DNA of 60,113 bases from a virus (taxonomy: Duplodnaviria; Caudoviricetes). Below the pieces are notes generated by a model. It saw nothing but the letters and a program-made list of their open reading frames with translations, searched no databases and was not told the origin of the DNA. A program made the translations under genes and the position numbers. Position 1 is the first letter of the stretch; every line of letters begins with the position of its first letter. The stretch lies in the IMG/VR virus record IMGVR_UViG_3300030105_001581, positions 1 to 60,113 of that record; one strand, given 5' to 3'. Positions 1 through 8,009 of the stretch are shown piece after piece.

Positions 1-22
1 TGCCTATTTTTGTTATTGCCAT
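1..22 (-). CDS. 5' fragment of a tail/fibre gene (MAITKIG...), running off the window start
   Basis: ATG at 22-20 after an A-rich leader, 9 nt downstream of the stop of 32..1192; N-terminus resembles the MATTKV starts of neighbouring genes. Confidence 0.6.
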
Positions 23-31
23 AATTTTTTA

Positions 32-1192
32 TTAAGGTGTAGTGTATGTTCCTGATTCTTTAAATATTACAGCAGTATATCCACCTCCTAAAGATACCGA
101 TGTGTTCGATGTCCCTGAAATTGTTCCTAATGTACTTGTAAAAACTTTTAATATCACAACTCCTGAGCCGCCATTACCTCCAAGTCTTTCAGTGTAGGTG
201 GGGTCTGAACCTCCGCTGCCAGCACCTCCGCCGCCTGCGCCGCCAGTGTTTGGAGAACCATCTGCTGCTGCAGTATTTTGTGTTCCAGCTTTACCGCCGC
301 CAGTGCCACCAGTGCCAAAAATAGAATTAGTAAAGCCGCCGCCGCCGCCGCCGCCTGAAAAATAAACATCTGTGCCGTCTACTTCTCCAACACTTTGTGA
401 AGTTGCAATTGCTGTTGTTATGATTGTACTAATACGTCCATCTCCCCCATTTGCGCCGCCTTTTAGAGCACCTGGTCTAGACACTCCAACTTGACTTGCG
501 CCGCCGCCGCCGCCTGAGCTATCACCGTCTGTTGATGAAGCGCCGCCTGAAAACCCTTGATTGCCGCTATTAGTGGCTGCTGCTCCAGGGATAGCAGTCG
601 AGCCTCCTCTAGACCCTCCTCCACCGGAGGCTCCCGTTCCTCCAGCGTATAGAGGGCCTGTATTGGAACCTGAGCCTCCAAATCCACCGCCATTAGCAGT
701 AATAGTAGTAATTCCTGTTCCGGCTATTGTTGTGATACCTCCAGGGCTACCATTTGTATTAAACTCAAGAGAACCTTTTGAGCCGCCTGCGCCTATAGTA
801 ATTGTATATGCTGTAACTGCGGTTAGTGTTAAAGTTGATTCTCTCGTATTTAAAGTCCCTCCGTTTGTGTCTGTAGAGACTGAAGTTAATAATCCGCCAG
901 CTCCTCCGCCGCCGCCTGTATTAAAACCACCAGCTCCGGCTCCGGCTACAGCTAAAAAATCTGTATTATAATTAAGAACTGCTTTATTAACAAAGTTTTT
1001 CCAATCAGTGCCGTTATAATGCTGCATCGTAGATGCTGAACTTTCAGAAACTTGACCCACTTGATTACGCATCATGCCTTCTGCAACCGTTGGACCTGAA
1101 TATGCTGCATTACTGCTTGGCATTCTAAGTCCACTTTCTGAATTGGCTTGATTTAATTCCGTTAAGTCTTTTATTACTTTAGTTGTTGCCAT
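32..1192 (-). CDS. Glycine-rich virion/tail-associated protein
   Basis: 386 aa ORF with VAGAGAGG...GGGGAGG...GGNGGSGVVIL glycine-rich domain and N-terminal anchor ending HYNGTDW. Confidence 0.75.
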   Translation of the reverse strand: MATTKVIKDLTELNQANSESGLRMPSSNAAYSGPTVAEGMMRNQVGQVSESSASTMQHYNGTDWKNFVNKAVLNYNTDFLAVAGAGAGGFNTGGGGGAGGLLTSVSTDTNGGTLNTRESTLTLTAVTAYTITIGAGGSKGSLEFNTNGSPGGITTIAGTGITTITANGGGFGGSGSNTGPLYAGGTGASGGGGSRGGSTAIPGAAATNSGNQGFSGGASSTDGDSSGGGGGASQVGVSRPGALKGGANGGDGRISTIITTAIATSQSVGEVDGTDVYFSGGGGGGGFTNSIFGTGGTGGGKAGTQNTAAADGSPNTGGAGGGGAGSGGSDPTYTERLGGNGGSGVVILKVFTSTLGTISGTSNTSVSLGGGYTAVIFKESGTYTTP

Positions 1193-1195
1193 AAT

Positions 1196-2095
1196 TTATC
1201 TTTCTACCCAGGTTAATGTTTCTTCATCCCACGTATATAAACCCCCTGGTTTATCAGGCATAGGTGTTGGTGCTTTCCAATTAATCCCATCATAAGTCCA
1301 GCTAGGGTAAGGTTGTTCAGAAGTAGGTGCTTGCCAATAATAGTCCACCCACTCTGTTGTGTCTTCTTTCCAATACCAATCCATCCCTTCCGGTCTAGGT
1401 GTTGGAGGCTCCCAATAACATGCGTCTTCATTTAGCGTCCAGCTTGCATAGGGCTGCTCGGTATAAAAAGCATCTCTCACAGGGTCGTAGATATACCCTA
1501 CCCCTGCATAATTTTTTCTAAAAGGTGTGCCGCCTAACTTGTGCACGCCTCCTTGTGTGTTGTATGAAGTTCTCTTGCAGCCTCCGTAAAATCCTTCCCA
1601 GTATACTGAGTTGTCAACTTCAGTTACTTCTCCATTAGAAGACACAAACTCATCTGCTCCCGTGTACATGTCTGTTACTCTGCATAGCGCATTGGCTATT
1701 GTAGTGTTTAGTGTTTCAATCTCAGTTACTAAATCTTCTGTTCCTTCGACTTCTTTAGCCTTAAGGCTATCTAGTGCTGTTTCTTGCCCTGGAATAAGCG
1801 CTGCTTTTTCAGCGTCTATTTCTTCTTGCTTGTCTGTTATTGAGTTAGTATAAGATGTCATCTCCTCCTTAGTCATATCAAACCAGTCTTGAGACTGGAA
1901 TGTAGCTAGCTCATCCTGTAGAGTTTGTAAAGTGTCTGAGGTAAATGATTCTTCGTAGGCAGTTTTGAGTGTCGCATACTCATCACTCATTGTGTTATCA
2001 TTTTCAATAACATTAATTTCCTGGCAAGCTTCCATAAGCCTAGCCCACTCACTTACTGTGAACTCCTGATTTGATATTTTTGCGTAGTATGCCAT
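1196..2095 (-). CDS. Conserved phage protein accompanying glycine-rich fibres, with a coiled-coil insertion
   Basis: MAYYAKI start, RTSYNT..G..FRKNYAGVGYIYDPVRDAF..QPYASW..WEPPTPRP motifs; acidic heptad-like segment at about aa 15-135. Confidence 0.65.
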   Translation of the reverse strand: MAYYAKISNQEFTVSEWARLMEACQEINVIENDNTMSDEYATLKTAYEESFTSDTLQTLQDELATFQSQDWFDMTKEEMTSYTNSITDKQEEIDAEKAALIPGQETALDSLKAKEVEGTEDLVTEIETLNTTIANALCRVTDMYTGADEFVSSNGEVTEVDNSVYWEGFYGGCKRTSYNTQGGVHKLGGTPFRKNYAGVGYIYDPVRDAFYTEQPYASWTLNEDACYWEPPTPRPEGMDWYWKEDTTEWVDYYWQAPTSEQPYPSWTYDGINWKAPTPMPDKPGGLYTWDEETLTWVER

Positions 2096-2096
2096 A

Positions 2097-3194
2097 TTAA
2101 CTAAATGTTATTGTTCCTGACCCTAGTGTTGCTGAATAATAATAGTCACTTGTTCCGGAGATTAATACTCCATTTACTGAGCCAGGGCCTGCTGTACTAT
2201 TAACTGTTATGCCTGAGCCTAATGTTGCTGTGGCTTTAGTGCATCTTAGTATAACTATTCCAGAACCTCCTGCTGCTCCAGCTCCGCCGCCGCCGCCAGC
2301 GTTTACAGCACCAGAGGTATTTCCTGCAATTGATGATGTTCCAGTATTCCAACTTCCCCCGTTTCCTCCAACACCAGAACCGCCACTAGATTGCGTTCCA
2401 CCAGCAATGAAAATTACTCCACCGCCGCCGCCAGAGTAAAATATTCCTGTTGCACCTGTTATTTGATTTTCCGTTCCCGTACCACCATTTCCACCAACTC
2501 CTGCTGTGGCGGTAGATCCAACAGAGCCAGCACCTCCTCCTCCTCCACCTTGATAGGTTTCAGAAGGTGTACTAGTATACATACCAGCGCCGCCATTATT
2601 GCCTTGAGATGGTGTAGTAATAGGAATATTTCCAGAACCTCCAGAAGAATCAGTTGGTCCATCAGAACCTCCTCCTCCAGAACCACCGTCTGCTGCAGCT
2701 CCTGTAAGTGCGCCTGTATCATTACCGCCATAACCGCCACCCGCCGATGTTATTGTAGTTATTCCTGAACCTGATACAGATGAAAGTAAACCTTGAGCTC
2801 CAATCCCAGTATAAACATTTCCTGAACCTGCGCCGCCAGTCCCTACTGTTAATGTGTAAGCAGTAGATGGAGATAATGGTAAAGAAGTACCACCAACGTT
2901 AGTTAAATAACCACCGGCTCCGCCGCCGCCATATGAACTGCCGCCGGCTCCGCCGGCTACTACTAAATATTCTACATTAAAGCTAGGTCCAACTACAGCC
3001 GCTTCCTTTAGATTTCTCCACTCAGTTGTGCCTGTCTCGTCTGTATATACTAGTGTGCGATTAGTGTCAGTGTCTTCACGGATTTCACCGATGACTCCTG
3101 AAGGTTGTTGAGCAGTAGTGCCCTTCACCCAGGTAAGCCCTCCAGCGTTACCACTCATGTCAATTACATCTGTAGTTACTTTGGTTGTTGCCAT
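2097..3194 (-). CDS. Glycine-rich virion/tail-associated protein
   Basis: 365 aa; VEYLVVAGGAGG...GGGGAGG...GGSGIVILR; N-terminal GTTAQQP..GEIR anchor; paralogue of 32..1192. Confidence 0.75.
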   Translation of the reverse strand: MATTKVTTDVIDMSGNAGGLTWVKGTTAQQPSGVIGEIREDTDTNRTLVYTDETGTTEWRNLKEAAVVGPSFNVEYLVVAGGAGGSSYGGGGAGGYLTNVGGTSLPLSPSTAYTLTVGTGGAGSGNVYTGIGAQGLLSSVSGSGITTITSAGGGYGGNDTGALTGAAADGGSGGGGSDGPTDSSGGSGNIPITTPSQGNNGGAGMYTSTPSETYQGGGGGGAGSVGSTATAGVGGNGGTGTENQITGATGIFYSGGGGGVIFIAGGTQSSGGSGVGGNGGSWNTGTSSIAGNTSGAVNAGGGGGAGAAGGSGIVILRCTKATATLGSGITVNSTAGPGSVNGVLISGTSDYYYSATLGSGTITFS

Positions 3195-3206
3195 TGAGCT
3201 TTATTT

Positions 3207-5390
3207 TTATGTTGTTGATACTACTTCTACAATTGCTCCATTAGGGAAGTATGCGCTACTATCTAATGTTATTGTAGATCCTGATAGACTATATACTGAT
3301 TTGTTTTGATATACACCTGAAACATACATGTCTGTATAAGCCTCGCTTGTAGGTGAAACGGTTAATGATACTGTTCCTGTAGTTGCATTTGCAATAGTAA
3401 CTTGGTCTACTGTTTTTGTAGGAGCTGCACTCGCCGGTGTTGCCCATGCACCTAAATAATTTAAAAACTGACCTGAACTACCTCCTGTAGGGGTTACAGC
3501 TAATGTTCCTGAAGATGTAATAGGACTTCCGCCTACCGCAAAAGCACTTGGCATGGTAAGAGCTACCGAAGTAACCGAACCACTTACTGAAATGTTACCA
3601 CCCATGTTTTGGTGATTGTAACACACATAGTATAAAGTAGGTGCAACCTGATTAAGAGTAACTCTTAATTGTCTTGTAGTAGCAGCATTAAATCCTGTAT
3701 TGTACGCCGCTGCATTAGCAACAGGAACATTATCTAATAAATAAACAACCCCAGTAGCATATTCTGCTTTCGTAGGAGTAGTTGTACTTAATATTAAAGG
3801 ATGACCATCATTTGAAGCATCGCTTTGATCAATTAAATAAGTTACGTCAGGCATCAATGTTATGTCCGCTTGTTGCGTGCCATCTACATAAAACAATCCA
3901 TTACCTGCTCCAACACGAGTTATAACAACTGTGTTTAGAGTTGTAGAGGTTATAAATCCATTTGCAGTTGTAGCAAACATTTGATTATCAAACCCAGCAA
4001 TTCCTTTAGCAGTAGCAGCGTCAGTTGCGCCAACTTGTGCTGTTCCTACATTATTTTGTACTGTAGTCCACTTGGTCAATGCGCTTCCACCATTAGCGGC
4101 CATGTCGTCATTAGCAATTAATAAATCACCAATACCTACAGCCTCAGTAAAAAATGTACCGGCTACAGTTACTGTATATGCGTCTCCTTTTGAAATTGCA
4201 ATATTGCTACCAGAATCTAAATCAGGGCTGTTTGATGAAGCATTATAGCCTCCTTTATAATCTAACAAACCTGCTACAGCAGAATTAATTGCTGCTTGTA
4301 TTTGAGCACCTGTAGCTAAACTAGTTGACCCAGCTCCTACACCTCCAGAAGTTACGGCAGTAATAGCAGGAGTACTTGCTCCCGAAGCTACAGTAATTGT
4401 GTTGGTGTCTGCTGAGGTTACATTGGTTACTGTTCCAGTGCCCGAAGCTGAGGTGTCTAATGTTATTACATCTCCTGACTTAGTTATTGTAAGTCCACCA
4501 GCTGGAGTTAATTTTATTGTGTCTGTTGTTCCTGTTGAAGGAACTAAGTTAACATCAACACTTGTGCCTGATGCTTGACTTGTTAAATCGTAAGTTGTAT
4601 TTGTATCTGTTGGCAGGGTACCTAAAGTACCATTACCTAAGACTACTTGACTTGCACTTCCTGCACCACTTATAGCAAACGTGCCACTAGTAGTAATAGA
4701 TGCTGGTGTTACAGCGAATGCTGCTGGAACTGTCATGCCTATACTTGTAACACCTCCACCACCACCACCTGCAGGAGTAGCCCAATTTCCTAAATAATTT
4801 AAAAATTGTCCCGCGCTTCCTCCAGTAACACCAAGCGTTACTACAGGAGTAGAAGTTGGTGAAGTAGTAACTAATGTTAAGGCAGATGCATTAGAGGCAG
4901 AGCTAACATTGGTAACAGAACCGCCGCCGCCGCCGCCAGTGCCGTTTATTGTAATTGTATTTCCACTAGATGTAATTCCGATTGTGCCTGTTCCCACTAG
5001 ACTAACAGTATCTGTTCCCGCGTCTCCACCACCCGTTCCCGTAAGAACTAAAGGTACAGTTCCCGCTGGGGAAGTGTCAGTAGAAGTTAATGCATAGGCA
5101 GTACTTGCAAAATTAATTGTTGTACTACCGTCTCCTGCCAAAAGAGTTCCGCCTGATCCCGTAAGACTAACAGTCGATGGGTTTATAACTGCCGTCTGCC
5201 CAGGTTTAGTTCCTTGAATATTTATTGTAGGTGACGCACCTGCATTCTTTGTAGATACCACGTAAGTAGTGTCAAGATTTGCAGGGGGTATCATAATATT
5301 GAGTTCTCCTGCAGCCAAGTAACCAACCATGTTAGTTACGGCAACCGATGCATCTTGTTTTTGCGTAAAATCTGAAAATTTAACTGCCAT
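3207..5390 (-). CDS. Tail fibre-like protein with internal repeats and a cupredoxin-like module
   Basis: 727 aa, T/S/G-rich; repeated G(S/T)VT(S/N)V and TGGSxGQFLNYLGxWATP; GHPL...YYVCYNHQNMG. Confidence 0.7.
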   Translation of the reverse strand: MAVKFSDFTQKQDASVAVTNMVGYLAAGELNIMIPPANLDTTYVVSTKNAGASPTINIQGTKPGQTAVINPSTVSLTGSGGTLLAGDGSTTINFASTAYALTSTDTSPAGTVPLVLTGTGGGDAGTDTVSLVGTGTIGITSSGNTITINGTGGGGGGSVTNVSSASNASALTLVTTSPTSTPVVTLGVTGGSAGQFLNYLGNWATPAGGGGGGVTSIGMTVPAAFAVTPASITTSGTFAISGAGSASQVVLGNGTLGTLPTDTNTTYDLTSQASGTSVDVNLVPSTGTTDTIKLTPAGGLTITKSGDVITLDTSASGTGTVTNVTSADTNTITVASGASTPAITAVTSGGVGAGSTSLATGAQIQAAINSAVAGLLDYKGGYNASSNSPDLDSGSNIAISKGDAYTVTVAGTFFTEAVGIGDLLIANDDMAANGGSALTKWTTVQNNVGTAQVGATDAATAKGIAGFDNQMFATTANGFITSTTLNTVVITRVGAGNGLFYVDGTQQADITLMPDVTYLIDQSDASNDGHPLILSTTTPTKAEYATGVVYLLDNVPVANAAAYNTGFNAATTRQLRVTLNQVAPTLYYVCYNHQNMGGNISVSGSVTSVALTMPSAFAVGGSPITSSGTLAVTPTGGSSGQFLNYLGAWATPASAAPTKTVDQVTIANATTGTVSLTVSPTSEAYTDMYVSGVYQNKSVYSLSGSTITLDSSAYFPNGAIVEVVSTT

Positions 5391-5391
5391 T

Positions 5392-5580
5392 TTATATTAG
5401 TTTTTCTGTTATTAAATCTGATCCTGGTAAACCTGTTCCGTCTTCGCTTACCATTTGCAACGGACCTTGACCAACCCCAGGGGTATTTATTTCTGTTATT
5501 ATATCTGAACCTCCTTGAGGTGGATTAACACCATATAAATTAGTTCCGATAAAATTTGCTATAGCAATTAAATTAGGCAT
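5392..5580 (-). CDS. Small virion protein with DIITE/DLITE motifs (putative fibre-docking peptide)
   Basis: 62 aa, tightly packed between 5582..6085 and the fibre gene; resembles a segment of the 39827..45598 product. Confidence 0.6.
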   Translation of the reverse strand: MPNLIAIANFIGTNLYGVNPPQGGSDIITEINTPGVGQGPLQMVSEDGTGLPGSDLITEKLI

Positions 5581-5581
5581 A

Positions 5582-6085
5582 TTACCAGAGCGCTATTATG
5601 TTAGAGGCCGTTGTTCCCGTTGCCCATACTTTTATTACTTGAACTGGGAAGAATGCGCCTGTGTTTATTCCTGTAAATGTTACATCATCTCCAGCAATAG
5701 TTGTTACTCTTAGATTTCCAGCCGTTCCAATATATAAAACAGCCCCCTCTTGAGTTCCGCCATATATTGCATATGCTTTAGCCGTAGTAGCAAAAATATT
5801 TTGAGCAACCAAAATTGTTGTTCCATTGACAACCTGCTTAACAGTTGTCTGCGTTCCGTCGGTAGTATTAACAATAATCATCCCAATCTGAATACCTGAC
5901 TTTGTAAAACTTAAAGTAGCTAAGTTTCCGATGTCACTGCCTGTTCTGCCTGCATCAATTAATTGAGTAGCACTACCCGCAGTAGTAGTTCCAGTTACAC
6001 CATCCAATCCCGTATTGGGAATGTCTGTGTTATCACTATTGTTTACTGCCCACGCTTTTCCAGCTTGTAGTTTTTGATATGCCAT
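5582..6085 (-). CDS. Putative virion decoration/spike-base protein
   Basis: 167 aa; C-terminal LYIGTAGNLRV...GAFFPVQVIKVWATGTTASNIIALW resembles small head-spike base proteins. Confidence 0.55.
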   Translation of the reverse strand: MAYQKLQAGKAWAVNNSDNTDIPNTGLDGVTGTTTAGSATQLIDAGRTGSDIGNLATLSFTKSGIQIGMIIVNTTDGTQTTVKQVVNGTTILVAQNIFATTAKAYAIYGGTQEGAVLYIGTAGNLRVTTIAGDDVTFTGINTGAFFPVQVIKVWATGTTASNIIALW

Positions 6086-6088
6086 GTT

Positions 6089-6244
6089 TTATTGTTTATA
6101 AGGAAATGCTCGGTTTAAAGTATCACGCCTATCGTCACACCCACAGTCGGCATCCATAGCATTAGCAACTTTATCAACCACATACTTTATTCCTGTGGCT
6201 GTAGTAAATTTTGCTACACTATCTCCGAATCCTTTTGATTTCAT
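6089..6244 (-). CDS. Microprotein, 51 aa (GFGD...TGIK...CGC..RR..LN motif)
   Basis: Hand translation MKSKGFGDSVAKFTTATGIKYVVDKVANAMDADCGCDDRRDTLNRAFPYKQ; start overlaps upstream stop (TAATG). Confidence 0.7.
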   Translation of the reverse strand: MKSKGFGDSVAKFTTATGIKYVVDKVANAMDADCGCDDRRDTLNRAFPYKQ

Positions 6245-6405
6245 TATTGATTATTTATTTTTCGCATTGTCTTGGCGAAATTGTATTTCTTTGAACCAGG
6301 AGGACAACTTGAACTTCCATACTTTCTTCCCGTGCAGTCACCTAGAGTACCTCTGCGCTTTGCTCCTTGAAAAACATTCTGTATAAAGTTCTTACTATCT
6401 GCCAT
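6244..6405 (-). CDS. Basic microprotein, 53 aa
   Basis: MADSKNFIQNVFQGAKRRGTLGDCTGRKYGSSSCPPGSKKYNFAKTMRKINNQ; TAATG coupling at both ends. Confidence 0.7.
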   Translation of the reverse strand: MADSKNFIQNVFQGAKRRGTLGDCTGRKYGSSSCPPGSKKYNFAKTMRKINNQ

Positions 6406-6560
6406 TAGTTCATGTTTGAATCGGCAGAATATGGATTCTCACCATAATGTTTCATCATTCCCTTTGATTCGTTTCGACGAGACTTCATTGACTGAGATTT
6501 TTTCCCATTACGTGCCCCTAAAGATTCATTGAGTCTTGAGTTGTAACCTTGCTTTTTCAT
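6405..6560 (-). CDS. Basic microprotein, 51 aa
   Basis: MKKQGYNSRLNESLGARNGKKSQSMKSRRNESKGMMKHYGENPYSADSNMN; TATCTTTG promoter just upstream. Confidence 0.7.
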   Translation of the reverse strand: MKKQGYNSRLNESLGARNGKKSQSMKSRRNESKGMMKHYGENPYSADSNMN

Positions 6561-6583
6561 AATAAATATTTTATTTATAAATA

Positions 6584-6591
6584 CAAAGATA
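6584..6591 (-). promoter_or_regulatory. Bacteroidota-type -7 promoter element TATCTTTG
   Basis: Matches TAnnTTTG consensus; intergenic, 23 nt before the ATG at 6560. Confidence 0.65.
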
Positions 6592-6607
6592 GTAATATTT
6601 TCGTTGT

Positions 6608-6862
6608 CTATTTTTTAGACTTAGCGCCTACACATTTCCAACGTTTTCTCGATAAATTGTTTGGGGTATTGGGATCGTTTTGTTTCTTTTTACTAAGTCG
6701 TTTTTTGATCCCTAGGCTTCTGGCGCAGTAGCTGTCGCCTTTAGAAGTGCCTGGTTTTACTCTAGGTCCTCCGCCCTTAGCTTTACCGGCTTGACCATAG
6801 CTTACTCTTTTGCCGGTTGATGTAATTTTTACTTTTGCCTTTCCTTTTCTAGGAGTTGCCAT
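6608..6862 (-). CDS. Highly basic small phage protein
   Basis: 84 aa, K/R-rich; VSYGQAG...PGTSKGDSYCARS...RKRWKC. Confidence 0.75.
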   Translation of the reverse strand: MATPRKGKAKVKITSTGKRVSYGQAGKAKGGGPRVKPGTSKGDSYCARSLGIKKRLSKKKQNDPNTPNNLSRKRWKCVGAKSKK

Positions 6863-6982
6863 TTACTGTTTTTTATGACTATAGTTTAGTTTTTTAAGAC
6901 GGTTATGATCTGCTACTGTCTTAGCAATTTTTACTATTCCCGTCTTGCTATACATTTTGTGTACCTTAAATGCTTTCGCCAT
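6863..6982 (-). CDS. Basic microprotein, 39 aa
   Basis: MAKAFKVHKMYSKTGIVKIAKTVADHNRLKKLNYSHKKQ; abuts neighbours on both sides. Confidence 0.65.
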   Translation of the reverse strand: MAKAFKVHKMYSKTGIVKIAKTVADHNRLKKLNYSHKKQ

Positions 6983-7104
6983 TATTTTTTTATTGTTTTA
7001 ATTTTTCCATTTGTAGTACGAGCGAATATCTTGTCTTTAGTTTCTCTAATAAAAGTTCCACTATAGGTTTTTCCGCCCCACTTCCAACTAACTTTTTTAG
7101 CCAT
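6982..7104 (-). CDS. Basic microprotein, 40 aa
   Basis: MAKKVSWKWGGKTYSGTFIRETKDKIFARTTNGKIKTIKK; TAATG overlap with next gene. Confidence 0.65.
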   Translation of the reverse strand: MAKKVSWKWGGKTYSGTFIRETKDKIFARTTNGKIKTIKK

Positions 7105-7105
7105 T

Positions 7106-7186
7106 TTACTTATTTAAGTGCGAGCCGTCACAGTTTCCATCTGAATTAGATGTATTACCGCATTGGCACATAGGTTGTTTTTTCAT
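7106..7186 (-). CDS. CDGSH-type iron-sulfur motif micropeptide, 26 aa
   Basis: MKKQPMCQCGNTSNSDGNCDGSHLNK; C-x-C-x9-C-D-G-S-H; in-frame stop upstream so no longer ORF. Confidence 0.65.
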   Translation of the reverse strand: MKKQPMCQCGNTSNSDGNCDGSHLNK

Positions 7187-7204
7187 CGTTCTATTTTTTA
7201 TCGA

Positions 7205-7360
7205 TTAGTATCCGGATTGAGTTTTTTTCTCCATACCGTAGTTTGGATTGTTTTTAATCTTTCCGCTATTCATGCTTGCAAAAACTGAAGCTTGAGCTTT
7301 CCCCACCGCGTTGTATGGGAATATTCTTTTTTTTCCGTTTGGTAATTTTACTGTTGGCAT
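7205..7360 (-). CDS. Basic microprotein, 51 aa
   Basis: MPTVKLPNGKKRIFPYNAVGKAQASVFASMNSGKIKNNPNYGMEKKTQSGY. Confidence 0.65.
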   Translation of the reverse strand: MPTVKLPNGKKRIFPYNAVGKAQASVFASMNSGKIKNNPNYGMEKKTQSGY

Positions 7361-7362
7361 AA

Positions 7363-7494
7363 TTAAGCTGTTGTTATAGGTTTTTTTGTTCTGAATACAG
7401 TTCCTGCTGGTCCTGTTCCGGCTATTATTCTTTTATTTCTCTTAGCTTTTCTCGCTTTCATTCGAGCTAGCATCTTACTTCCTCCGTGTGGCAT
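7363..7494 (-). CDS. Basic microprotein, 43 aa
   Basis: MPHGGSKMLARMKARKAKRNKRIIAGTGPAGTVFRTKKPITTA; 2-nt gaps to neighbours. Confidence 0.6.
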   Translation of the reverse strand: MPHGGSKMLARMKARKAKRNKRIIAGTGPAGTVFRTKKPITTA

Positions 7495-7496
7495 AA

Positions 7497-7622
7497 TTAT
7501 ATATTTACTATTACATAACTCTCACCATTCCAAACTCTTTTTGTTGTCGGAACTTCTACTTTAGGTGCATCTTCTTTTTTAGATGAAGCTTTATTTTCTG
7601 TTGTTTTCTTTTTTGTCGCCAT
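7497..7622 (-). CDS. Lys-rich microprotein, 41 aa
   Basis: MATKKKTTENKASSKKEDAPKVEVPTTKRVWNGESYVIVNI; 4 nt after the stop of 7627..7971. Confidence 0.6.
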   Translation of the reverse strand: MATKKKTTENKASSKKEDAPKVEVPTTKRVWNGESYVIVNI

Positions 7623-7626
7623 AATA

Positions 7627-7971
7627 TTACTTTTTAATAGTTTTAATGTCAGATAGCTTTTCTATTATTTGCTTCTGCATGTCAATTATCATTTGTTCTA
7701 ATTGATCATTCCTAACCTCCATCTGATGATTAGTAGAACTTAGGGATTCGTTTTTCTTTTGAAGTTTATTCACCTCATCTGGCTGTTGACCGATTATCGT
7801 ATAAACTACAACACCTAAACTAGAGACAAGTGTACCAACGATTGCTACAAATAAATCTTTGTTCACAGGTGGAACTTCGACGTAAGATAAGAATATTAAC
7901 AACATGATTATTAAAAGAAATATTCCAGCTGCTCCAGCGTAATGTCTTATGTCTTTGTGATCTGTTGTCAT
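7627..7971 (-). CDS. Two-TM membrane protein with C-terminal coiled coil
   Basis: Two hydrophobic stretches (about aa 12-31 and 40-60) followed by a heptad-like Q/E/K tail. Confidence 0.7.
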   Translation of the reverse strand: MTTDHKDIRHYAGAAGIFLLIIMLLIFLSYVEVPPVNKDLFVAIVGTLVSSLGVVVYTIIGQQPDEVNKLQKKNESLSSTNHQMEVRNDQLEQMIIDMQKQIIEKLSDIKTIKK

Positions 7972-7977
7972 AATTTA

Positions 7978-7995
7978 TATCTTTATGCAAAGTTA
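7978..7995. promoter_or_regulatory. Overlapping oppositely oriented -7 elements (TAACTTTG on - at 7988-7995; TATCTTTA variant on + at 7978-7985)
   Basis: Both lie in the 38-nt gap between divergent genes 7627..7971 and 8010..8459. Confidence 0.5.
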
Positions 7996-8009
7996 TAAAA
8001 TTAAATCTA

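Noticed and set aside
32-3194. GCC trinucleotide runs as microsatellites or phase-variation tracts
   Set aside because: They are in-frame poly-Gly codons typical of this protein family
154-5097. Pro-rich + strand ORFs and alternate-frame ORFs over the glycine-rich genes
   Set aside because: Shadow frames of GGN-rich coding sequence; fully nested in longer credible genes
6195-6731. + strand ORFs 6195..6386 and 6549..6731
   Set aside because: Antisense to the tightly tiled - strand microprotein array
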